This document shows positions 26,006-36,643 of a stretch of 64,000 nt of DNA, one piece after another. Below the pieces are notes generated by a model. It worked only from the letters and a program-made list of their open reading frames with translations. It was not told the origin of the DNA and made no database searches. Positions within the stretch are counted from its first letter, which is position 1; each line of letters begins with the position of its first letter. This DNA is from Malacoraja senta (lineage: Eukaryota): assembly GCA_038087875.1 (NCBI GenBank), contig CM075988.1, forward strand, positions 17,052,001-17,116,000, read 5' to 3'. Both the position numbers and the translations under genes were made by a program.

Positions 26006-26278
26006 ATAAGGGGGGTGGGGTGTCGAATGGGATAGTGGAGGATGGAGTTAAAGGGAAAGGGTTTCTTAAATGTTTGAGCGTAGAGACAGAGGGGTGTAAA
26101 ATGAGGGTAGAAGCAATAGGTAGCAAGGTGAAAAGTAAAAGCGGCAGGCAGACAAAACCAGGGCAAAAATCAAAAAGGGCCACTTTTCAACATAATTGTA
26201 TAAGGGGTAAGAGTGTTGTAATAAGGTAATAAGGTGGATGAGTTGAATGTGCAGATAGCTATTAATGACTATGATATA

Positions 26279-27894
26279 CAGTGGCTTGCAAAAGTATTCA
26301 TACCCCTTGAACTTTTCCACATTTTGTCACGTTACAACCACAAACGTAAATGTATTTTATTGGGATTTTATGTGATACACAACACAAAGTGGTGCATAAT
26401 TGTGAAGTGGAAGGAAAATGATACATGGTTTTCAAATTTTTTTACAAATAAAAAACTGAAAAGTGTGGCGTGCAAAAGTATTCAGCCCCCCTGAGTCAAT
26501 ACTTTGTAGAACCACCTTTCGCTGCAATTACAGCTGCAAGTCTTTTGGGGTATGTCTCTACCAGCTTTGCACATCTAGAGACTGAAATTTTTGCCCATTC
26601 TTCTTTGCAAAATAGCTCAAGCTCAGTCAGATTGGATGGAGAGCGTCTGTGAACAGCAATTTTCAAGTCTTGCCAGAGATTCTCAATTGGATTTAGGTCT
26701 GGACTTTGACTGGGCCATTCTAACACATGAATATGCTTTGATCTAAACCATTCCATTGTAGCTCTGGTTGTATGTTTAGGGTCATTGTCCTGCTGGAAGG
26801 TGAACCTCCGCCCCAGTCTCAAGTCTTTTGCAGACTCTAACAGGTTTTCTTCCAAGATTGCCCTGTATTTGGCTCCATCCATCTTCCCATCAACGCTGAC
26901 CAACTTCCCTGTCCCTGCTGAAGAAAAGCATCCCCACAGCATGATGCTGCCACCACCATGTTTCGCAGTGGGGATGGTGTGTTCAGGGTGATGTGCAGTG
27001 TTAGTTTTCCGCCACACATAGCGTTTTGCATTTAGGGCAAAAACTTCAATTTTGGTCTCATCTACCCAGAGCACCTTCCTCCACATGTTTGCTGTGTCCC
27101 CCACATGGCTTGTGGCAAACTGCAAACAGGACTTCTTATGGCTTTTTTTCAACAATGGCTTTCTTCTTGCCACTCTTCCATAAAGGCCCGATTTGTGGAG
27201 TGCACGACTAATAGTTGTCCTGTGGACAGATTCTCCCACCTGAGCTGTGGATCTCTGCAGCTCCTCCAGAGTTACCATGGGCCTCTTGGCTGCTTCTCTG
27301 ATCAATGCTCTCCTTGCCCGGCCTGTCAGTTTAGGTGGACGGCCATGTCTTGGTAGGTTTGCAGTTGTGCCATACTCTTTCCATTTTCGGATGATGGATT
27401 GAACAGTGCTCCGTGAGATGTTCAAAGCTTGGGATATTTTTTTATAACCTAACCCTGCTTTAAACTTCTCCACAACTTTATCCCTGATCTGTCTGGTGTG
27501 TTCCTTGGGCTTCATGATGCTGTTTGTTCACTAATGTTCTCTAACAAACCTCTGAGGCCTTCACAGAACAGCTGTATTTATACTGAGATTAGATTACACA
27601 CAAGTGGACTCTATTTACTAATTAGGTGACTTCTGAAGGCAATTGGTTGCACTGGATTTTATTTAGGGGTATCAGAGTAAAGGGGGCTGAATACTTTTGC
27701 ACACCACACTTTTCAGTTTTTTATTTGTAAAGAAATTTGAGAACCATGTATCATTTTCCTTCCACTTCACAATTATGCGCCACTTTGTGTTGGTCTATCA
27801 CATAAAATCCCAATAAGATACATTTACGTTTGTGGTTGTAACGTGACAAAATGTGGAAAATTTCAAGGGGTATGAATACTTTTGCAAGCCACTG
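26279..27894 (-). mobile_element. Tc1 DD34E transposon, Passport/Eagle/Glan-like, complete
   Basis: TA duplication at 26277-78 and 27895-96; TIRs of about 210 bp with inner and outer TGCAAAAGTATTCA repeats. Confidence 0.96.
26496..27515 (-). CDS. Tc1 transposase, 339 aa, uninterrupted
   Basis: Paired-like HTH with GRPPK; DETK, QQDND and PIENLW motifs; D-to-E spacing of 34 counted. Confidence 0.93.
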   Translation of the reverse strand: MKPKEHTRQIRDKVVEKFKAGLGYKKISQALNISRSTVQSIIRKWKEYGTTANLPRHGRPPKLTGRARRALIREAAKRPMVTLEELQRSTAQVGESVHRTTISRALHKSGLYGRVARRKPLLKKSHKKSCLQFATSHVGDTANMWRKVLWVDETKIEVFALNAKRYVWRKTNTAHHPEHTIPTAKHGGGSIMLWGCFSSAGTGKLVSVDGKMDGAKYRAILEENLLESAKDLRLGRRFTFQQDNDPKHTTRATMEWFRSKHIHVLEWPSQSPDLNPIENLWQDLKIAVHRRSPSNLTELELFCKEEWAKISVSRCAKLVETYPKRLAAVIAAKGGSTKY

Positions 27895-27896
27895 TA

Positions 27897-30614
27897 GTTG
27901 GGATCACGGAGACATGGCTCCAGGGTGACCAAGGCTGGGAGCTGAACATCCAGGGATATTCAATATTCAGGGATAGAGAGAAAGGAAAAGGAGGTGGGGT
28001 AGCGTTGCTGATTAGAGAGGAGATTAACACAATGGAAAGGAAGGACATTAGTTTCGAGGATGTGGAATCGGTATGGGTAGAGCTGCGAAACACTAAGGGG
28101 CAAAAAACGCTAGTGGGAGTTGTGTACAGGCCACCTAGCAGTAGTAGTGAAGTTGGAGATGGTATCAAACAGGAAATTAGAAATGCGTGCGACAAAGGCA
28201 AAACAGTTATAATGGGTGACTTCAATCTACATATAGATTGGGTGAATCAAATTGGCAGGGGTGCTGAGGAAGAGGATTTCTTGGAATGTATGCGGGATAG
28301 TTATCTAAATCAACATGTAGAGGAACCAACGAGAGACCAGGCTATTTTAGACTGGGTATTGAGTAATGAGGAAGGGTTAGTTAGCAGTCTTGTTGTACGT
28401 GCCCCCTTGGGCAAGAGTGACCATAATATGGTTGAGTTCTTCATTAGGATGGAGAGTGACATTGTTAATTCAGAAACAATGGTTCTGAACTTAAAGAAAG
28501 GTAACTTTGAGGGTATGAGATGTGAATTGGCCAAGATTGACTGGCAATTAATTCTAAAAGCGTTGACGGTGGATATGCAATGGAAGACATTTAAAGACTG
28601 CATGGATGAACTACAAAAATTGTTCATCCCAGTTTGGCAAAAGAATAAATCAGGGAAGGTAGTGCATCCGTGGATAACAAGGGAAATCAGGGATGGTATC
28701 AAAGCGAAGGATGATGCGTACAAATTAGCCAGAAAAAGCAGCATACCGGAGGACTGGGAGAAATTCAGAGACCAGCAGAGGAGGACAAAGGGCTTAATTA
28801 GGAAAGGAAAAATAGATTATGAAAGAAAACTGGCAGGGAACATAAAAACTGACTGCAAAAGTTTTTATAGATATGTGAAAAGAAAGAGATTAGTTAAAAC
28901 AAATGTAGGTCCCTTGCAGTCAGAAACAGGTGAGTTGATCATGGGGAACAAGGATATGGCGGACCAATTGAATAACTACTTTGGTTCCGTCTTCACTAAG
29001 GAAGACATAAATAATCTGCCGGAAATAGCAGGGGACCGCGGGTCAAAGGAGTTGGAGGAATTGAGTGAAATCCAGGTTAGTCGGGAAGTGGTGTTGGGTA
29101 AATTGAATGGATTAAAGGCCGATAAATCCCCAGGGCCAGATAGGCTGCATCCCAGAGTACTTAAGGAAGTAGCTCCAGAAATAGTGGATGCATTAGTAAT
29201 AATCTTTCAAAACTCTTTAGATTCTGGAGTAGTTCCTGAGGATTGGCGGGTAGCAAACGTAACCCCACTTTTTAAGAAGGGAGGGAGAGAGAAAACGGGG
29301 AATTACAGACCAGCTAGTCTAACATTGGTAGTGGGGAAACTGCTAGAGTCAGTTATTAAAGATGGGATAGCAGCACATTTGGAAAGTAGTGAAATCATTG
29401 GACAAAGTCAGCATGGATTTACGAAAGGTAAATCATGTCTGACGAATCTTATAGAATTTTTCGAGGATGTAACTAGTAGCGTGGATAGGGGAGAACCAGT
29501 GGATGTGGTGTATCTGGACTTCCAGAAGGCTTTCGACAAGGTCCCACATAAAAGATTAGTATACAAACTTAAAGCACATGGCATTGGGGGTTCAGTATTG
29601 ATGTGGATAGAGAACTGGCTGGCAAACAGGAAGCAAAGAGTAGGAGTAAACGGGTCCTTTTCACAATGGCAGGCAGTGACTAGTGGGGTACCGCAAGGCT
29701 CAGTGCTGGGACCCCAGCTATTTACAATATATATTAATGATCTGGATGAGGGAATTGAAGGCAATATCTCCAAGTTTGCGGATGACACTAAACTGGGGGG
29801 CAGTGTTAGCTGTGAGGAGGATGCTAGGAGACTGCAAGGTGACTTGGATAGGCTGGGTGAGTGGGCAAATGTTTGGCAGATGCAGTATAATGTGGATAAA
29901 TTTGAGGTTATCCATTTTGGTGGCAAAAACAGGAAAGCAGACTATTATTTAAATGGTGGCCGACTAGGAAAAGGGGAGATGCAGCGAGACCTGTGTGTCA
30001 TGGTACACCAGTCATTGAAAGTAGGCATGCAGGTGCAGCAGGCAGTGAAGAAAGCGAATGGTATGTTAGCTTTCATAGCAAAAGGATTTGAGTATAGGAG
30101 CAGGGAGGTTCTACTGCAGTTGTACAGGGTCTTGGTGAGACCACACCTGGAGTATTGCGTACAGTTTTGGTCTCCAAATCTGAGGAAGGACATTATTGCC
30201 ATAGAGGGAGTGCAGAGAAGGTTCACCAGACTGATTCCTGGGATGTCAGGACTGTCTTATGAAGAAAGACTGGATAGACTTGGTTTATACTCTCTAGAAT
30301 TTAGGAGATTGAGAGGGGATCTTATAGAAACTTACAGAATTCTTAAGGGGTTGGACAGGCTAGATGCAGGAAGATTGCTCCCGATGTTGGGGAAGTCCAG
30401 GACAAGGGGTCACAGCTTAAGGATAAGGGGGAAATCCTTTAAAACCGAGATGAGAAGAACCTTTTTCACACAGAGAGTGGTGAATCTCTGGAACTCTCTG
30501 CCACAGAGGGTAGTCGAGGCCAGGTCATTGGCTATATTTAAGAGGGAGTTAGATGTGGCCCTTGTGGCTAAAGGGATCAGAGGGTATGGAGAGAAGGCAG
30601 GTACGGGATACTGA
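27897..30614 (+). pseudogene. CR1 ORF2 (APE endonuclease plus RT), open for about 905 codons but cut from its N-terminus (26230-26278) by the Tc1
   Basis: GITETW, MGDFN, SDH, QGSVLGP and FADD motifs; removing the Tc1 restores NDYDI-VGITETW. Confidence 0.9.
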
Positions 30615-31968
30615 GTTGGATGATCAGCCATGATCATATTGAATGGCGGTGCAGGCTCGAAGGGCCGAATGGCCTACTCCTGCACCTAATTTCTATGTTT
30701 CTATGTTTCTATGAATGGAGGATCACTACAGGATGAATGAGGGGAGGGGGGGGAAGGTGCAGGGTAAATGGAGGGTGGGTCAGTACGGGATTAATGCGTG
30801 GATTAGTACAGGATGGATGGGGGATCTGTACAGGATGGATGGGAACGGGGTAAGTACAGGGTGAATTGGGGAACCAGTGTAGAATGGATTGGGGGGGGGG
30901 GGTGGCAGGAGAATCAATGCAAGGTGAATAGGGTGATCAGCGCAGGATGAATAGATGGGGGGGGGGGTAGATGGGGAGGGGAGCACTGGGGATGTCAGTG
31001 AGGACTGAATAGACGTGGGAATGTGGATCAGTGCGGGGTCCCAGGATAAGGGGGGGGCGTACAAGAGAGAGAGAGGGAGGGGGTGGGGCGAGGTGGGGAG
31101 GAAGGAAGGTCAGCGCTCCTCGGACAACATTGCCCCGCTGCCTTAGCCGTTGGGAACTCCTCGCCACCGCCTCCCACCTCCGCCAGCCAACAGCAAGGTG
31201 CGGGGCCGAGCAGTGCAGCTCAGAGATCCTATAGCTATAAGATCTTTGGTGCAGCTGCTTCAGAAGGGTCGGAGCGAATGACAGGCTTCGCATAGCGGCA
31301 GCAGCGACCGTGACAGCAGCTCCATGACTCGGTGTTTAGGTTGCCCGGCGGCGCTTTGAGTGGTCAGTGGCACCCGGGCAACCGCTAATTTCGAGCCCAG
31401 TTATATGTTATATACCTTTAAAATGAATTCTCAAGACTTTTTCTACTGGGGAAATAGCCAAGAGATTTTCATCACTTATGCTTCTCGACCTTCCTATGTC
31501 AATTAAAAAGAAAGCAATCGTACACAAACAGCAACTTAATCAGGCTACTGGAAAAGTGACGAGATCAGTCGCATTGTTGCTCTATGCATAGCCTGATTTA
31601 CTCTCCATTGTTGAGTATACAGTGGGAAATTTGACTGACTCTAATTGATTTCCCTGTAATCACATTTGGTTAAAATTATCTTCAGTTGCTGTTAGATAGA
31701 TATTATAAAAAAGTTACCCATAGCCTGACTCTACACATCATAATGGGATGACCGATCTGTTTTTGACGATATTGATTGACAAAGAAATGCTGGCCAGGAC
31801 ATTGGGGTGAGTTCCTCAACCTTCTCAAAGAGCACCATGCGAAGTGCAATGGCCGTCTTCAGAGAAATGACACTTACAATCATGCAGCATTATGTCACTT
31901 CTGTTATGTCAGTTTTTGCTTTATCCAGCAGTCTTGTGTAAAAACTCATAACTTTCTCACAGTTTTAC

Positions 31969-32172
31969 CTGAGCCTTTCTTCTTTGCCGTAATACATTTG
32001 CTGCGCTTCCACTTCCTCCTGTTGCCTGAGTTTACAAAGCTGCTCCTCACTCTTTTTGAGCAGCTGATTTTTTTCCTTTACCGGTTCTTTGTTCAACTTG
32101 CCACAGGAATCCTCCTCAGACTTCTGTGACTGCAGTAGCCTCTTGTCCTTCAGATGCTCCTGATGAGTGCAT
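31969..32172 (-). CDS. CEP164: CEP164 exon, 204 nt, phase 2-2: CTHQEHLKDKRLL...EAQQMYYGKEERL
   Basis: Acceptor tttcaaaatag|A, donor CAG|gtaaaa; start of the coiled-coil region. Confidence 0.85.
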
Positions 32173-32349
32173 CTATTTTGAAAGTAAACAGAGTGTGATT
32201 ACCAAACTCATGAAAGAAAATTGTGCAGAAATTATTTCCAAAGTCAATGGGTGAACAGAAGCTGAGATGCCATAGATACTGTTGATGTGGTAATAAGGCT
32301 GTCTTCAGAGGAGACCTAGGATATTCCAACAAACCATAGTGAGGCATTG

Positions 32350-32915
32350 TTATGCAAGGAAATACAGATACTGGTTTATAAAAAAAGACACAAAGTGCTG
32401 GAGTGACTTAGCAATCAGGCAGCATCTCTGGTGAACATGGATAGGTTACGATTCAGGGCAGGACCCTTGTTCCCCACCCCGACCACAATCAGTCTGAAGA
32501 AAGCTGGAAGAGAGGACGGGCAGAACAGATCCTAGCAAGTTATAGAATACAGGTAAGAGGGGTTTTTGATACAAGGATAGAAGTGGTGCGAATTGTGAAG
32601 CCAGAGGATGGAATATAGGTGGAATGGGATGGGGGGGTGGGGGGGGAAGGGGAAAAAATTCCAGGTGGACAGAGAAATGATGGTGGGGTGGAAGAGAAGA
32701 AAAGAAATGCTGTTTGTAGGTTAGTTACCTAAAATTGGAGAATTCAATGTTCATACCGTCAGATCATAAGCTACCCAAGCAGAATATGAGAAGGCGTCCC
32801 TCTAGTTTGTGTGTGGCCTCACTCTGGCAATGGAGGAAGCCCAGGAAGGTCAGTATGGAAATGGCAAGGGGAATCAAAATGTTTAACAACCAGGAGATCT
32901 GGTCGGGTTTGGTGG
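32350..32915 (-). mobile_element. Penelope-like element 3' fragment: GIY-YIG C-terminal remnant plus terminal repeat
   Basis: Minus strand of about 32724-32905 reads VVKHFDSPCH...LGFLHCQSEATHKLEGRLLIFCLGSL*SDGMNIEFSNFR, next to the TGCTGGAG...GCAGCATC repeat. Confidence 0.75.
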
Positions 32916-35274
32916 ACCGACCTAACCAGTGAGGCATATATATGTTAAATTGAATTAGCAGCCTTCCATCTTTTTATTTACTTTACCCATGCCGAATCTT
33001 CTGAGACATTTGTGATGTAGTGTAGGCAGCTAACCTTTTCTTCTCATTTAAAAAATATGAGAATGACATTCTTATATTGGTGGTAACATCCAATTTCAAT
33101 TCAAATACCTTGATGAAATCACTGTTTACTGTACTCACTGTGGTTCTCACTCAGAACAACAGAATAAAAAGCTGAAACACCTTTTCCAAAAACTTTCTCC
33201 AAAAACCATCAGTCACACAACATCATGGAATCAGCTCACCCTGACATGACTGTAAATGAGGAAAAACACTTTGGCTTCTCTGCCGTACTCCATTTCCAGG
33301 AAATAACCATTAAAATCATTGTAATACACATTTTGTGCACATCATATATTACAGGATCAATGACCTAAATTACTCCGTGTGAGATAAATCAGCTGGAAAT
33401 TGATGTTTACCCTTCAGATGATCCTACACAACGAGAAAGTAATTTTTGTAACATCGAAGATGTCAGAGTAAAGCGGAGCAATAGGTTGAAGCTGCTGCGA
33501 TCTCTCAATCTTTGTTTTATATAATAGCCATTGACAATTTTTCTCTGAAAGCTTCCATATAGGTAATCTTTAAACTTTTCAAAAATGACACTTTTACGAA
33601 CAAGATTATTCATCCTAACTGCTGAAGCTTTTACCCATTATTATCTAAAGGTGAGATTTTTTTTGAATTATGATGTTATGAAGTGCACTGCTTGAAAGGA
33701 CTGTGGGAGAAGATACAATAGTAACTTTGAAAAGGAAATTGAACATGTACTTGGAGAGAAAATTGCAGAGCAGCAGAGCAGAAGAGTAGCATTGGCGTGA
33801 TGGATCAACTGCTGCCGCCACCTTCTAGCTAAGTCCCATCATTATATAACATCTGCTTACCCTCTCTGACAGGAGAGTAACCTGCATTCAACTTCTAGTG
33901 TAAAAATAGGCTGAAAGTCAATGGGACGATTGGAACTTAATCAAAATTGTGCAGTATGCAAGAAAATAACATTGAGTTAAGGACAGCCTGTCAACAGACA
34001 AGATGGAGCACAAGCATTCAGCATCAAAGTAACTGCATGACTCCATAATGCAATGACATAATTTAATCAAAATATAGATGGCTGCAGTTATATTCAAAGC
34101 TGTACAGTTTCAGAGGGGGGCAGGAAGCTGCTTCTGGCTGGCCATTAGTTCCACTACACTTCCATTATCCTTAGGGCAATCATCATTTTCTTTCTCGTCT
34201 GGCAGATTACTTAAAAGACTCTTGCCGTTTTCATCTTTGTGTCTGTTATCATGTGTAATCTTCTCATTCGTGCTTCACGGGGATTTAGAAAAAGGGTAAG
34301 GACTATGTGCAAAGGATTCTATTATCATGACAAACCGTTGCAGCTTTCTCATATTATCAAGGCCTGATGGAAGATCCATGGAGATGATGTAGCTTCAGTT
34401 ATCAGAGTACCATACAGATAGCAGACAAACTGTCAGAAAATCACTGGATTCCTAAGTCACAGAATATGGAGTTGGGAAAGTGCCAAGGGAATAGTTTGAA
34501 AACGGGCAGAATTTAAAAATAGTTGGGAACTGATCCTTTAACACTCCTCTCTAAATGATTTCTTCCCTCTCATTCTTTGTCCTGTAGGTGAATCATTTAG
34601 TGAAAGCGCCACACTAATGTTCATGCCCGAAGAGGGTTATTTCATTTCTTTGTTCGTGCACTTCCTTTGCTGATATCAGAAATGGCCACCTGTCTCAAAA
34701 AGATTGATTCTACTGCAGATCTTCAGCTGTCTCTTATCAAATCAGATTCACATTACAGTTTACCACCTCTTTTATTGGTACGATTCAACTGTACACATCT
34801 TCAAATTAGCTGAATGTTATCAGAACTATTAAATTCCAGTCTTATGAAAGACAGATTAAACAGCTGTGTTTTATCTCGGATACATTAATCTTGGTCATAA
34901 AAAGGTGTTTCACTGTAGTTATTATTTCCTTTTTGATTTCTTCTGTGGGTCACTGCACAGTTAAGCGTTAGTTAAAACTCAAAGGGTCTAATTCTCACCA
35001 ACTTGTCTATTGAAACTGCCGGGGCAAATGCACAAGTGGCACTAATGGACGTGGAAGTTCACAGTGGAATTACAATGTGCAAATATTTTATAAGAAAAAG
35101 GAACAAAGTGATTTCCTAAATGTTGGAGGATATTATAAACCTAACAAATACAATTTGAAATTTGAGAATCATTTAAGAACAATTTAAAACGGGAAAGGTA
35201 TTGTTTATATTAAATTAAGCTGCTAAGCGCAGAAAATTATTGAGGACGTCCATAAACAATTAACATGGTATTGG

Positions 35275-35900
35275 TTTATTATTGTTACTGGTACTGAGAT
35301 ACAGTAAAAATCTTTGTTTGCGTGCTATCTAGTTAAACCATACTATACACGAGTACAATCAAACCATTATGTAACTCCAAGAGCTAGTACAAAGAGAAAA
35401 ATGCCAAAGTGCAGAATGAATGTTACAGCGCTATAGTGTTATGGTAATGGAAAAAAGAGCAGATTTAAAAAAAAGTACAAGGACTGTTATAGGTTGGGAG
35501 TTCAGAACTACACCCTTAGCTTTATGGGAGATCTGTTTAGTAGTCTGATAACAGCGGGGAACAGCAGTTTTTGAATCAGGTGGTACATGCTTTCAAGCAC
35601 TTGCATCTTCTGCCTGATGGGAGAAGGCAAATAACCAGAGTGCAACATGGTTCTTTATTAATTTGGCTGGCTTCCTGAGGCAATATGAAGTATAGGTGGG
35701 AGTTGATGGGGGAGATGGCATTGCTGGGTTGTGTAATGGACTGGGCTACATCCACAACTCTTTGCAATTTCTTAAAGTTGTTTGTCTTACAGTTGTTGCT
35801 AAATCAAGCTGTGATGCATTCCAATAGGATGCTTTCTATGGTGCATTTGTAGAAGTTGCTAAGAGTTGTAGAAGACATACTGAACTTCCTGAAGGGTAGG
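35275..35900 (-). mobile_element. Rex1/Babar-type LINE 3' fragment, degenerate
   Basis: RKFSMS..TLSNFYKCTIESIL, QRVV..AQSIT and LLPSGRR motifs; 3' UTR ending in AATAAA. Confidence 0.7.
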
Positions 35901-36124
35901 TAATACTCCCAGTAGTTTGAACTCACCCCAAATAATGCATTAAAAAAGCAGCTCTGGGGATAGAGGACATATATACACACAAGCAAAAGAAAGTTGCCCG
36001 GTATGGAAACTATAAACAAACTAGAAAGGTGTCCCAACTTGTGAGCTATCATTATAAAATTCTGGCGACAGGATGGCCATTTGGGTTGACAGTTCACATC
36101 TGATCTTGAATACTAAATATGTAC

Positions 36125-36189
36125 CTTTCAGAAGGATCTGCTCTTTTCCTTCTTTCTTCAAGATTTAGCTCCTTGGTATCTTCCTCCTC
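36125..36189 (-). CDS. CEP164: CEP164 exon, 65 nt, phase 0-2: EEEDTKELNLEERRKRADPSE(R/S)
   Basis: Acceptor ttcgaag|GAG, donor AAG|gtacat; supplies the required phase 0 to 2 transition. Confidence 0.7.
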
Positions 36190-36415
36190 CTTCGAATACA
36201 AATATGAGATCAGAACACTACATATTTATTTTGTTATTTAATAAAACATACACTATGTCAATACTTTCTGTGACTTACTGTTGCACGTTATTAAATCAGT
36301 GTTTACAGAACCCAAATGTCGGCGATCACCATACGTCCTAACTTTTCTTTATTTAAAGAATACTTGAGATCAATCTTTTTTTGTCCAAAATGCACTTGCA
36401 TTCAACTGCTTCCAG

Positions 36416-36643
36416 GGTAGACATAAAATGCTGGAGTAACTCAGCGGGACAGGCAGCATCTCTGGAGAGAGAGAATGGGTGACGTTTCGGGTCGAGACCC
36501 TTCTTCAGACTTCTTGGTTCTCGACCCGAAACGCCACCCATTCCTTCTCCCCATGTCAATTTTATTCTCAAGACGTTCAATTTTCTTCGCTCCATAGATG
36601 CTGCTGCACCCGCTGAGTTTCTCCAGCATTTTTGTGTACCTTC
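36416..36643. mobile_element. Foldback Penelope-derived repeat with an intact minus-strand hammerhead-like core (36478-36511)
   Basis: GGTGACGTTTCGGGTCGAGACCCTTCTTCAGACT and its inverted arm. Confidence 0.75.

Larger units (their letters stand above)
24596..30713 (+). mobile_element. Near full-length CR1 LINE (about 4.5 kb without the Tc1), same family as the 8-10.7 kb copy
   Basis: 5' UTR with a tandem unit, ORF1, ORF2 EN-RT, (TTTCTATG)3 tail. Confidence 0.93.
23498..31400. mobile_element. Non-autonomous DNA transposon, hAT-like, about 1.8 kb (23498-24595 and 30714-31400), split by a CR1
   Basis: Termini CAGGGCTC and GAGCCCAG (7/8 inverted); subterminal GGGCAACC/GGTTGCC motifs at both ends; TTATAT on both flanks; a G-rich GGATGAATGG repeat continues across the CR1. 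Confidence 0.6.

Noticed and set aside
27882..30614. 910-aa ORF as an intact or chimeric gene
   Set aside because: Its start is a TTG inside the Tc1 TIR. It is CR1 ORF2 with the N-terminus cut off.
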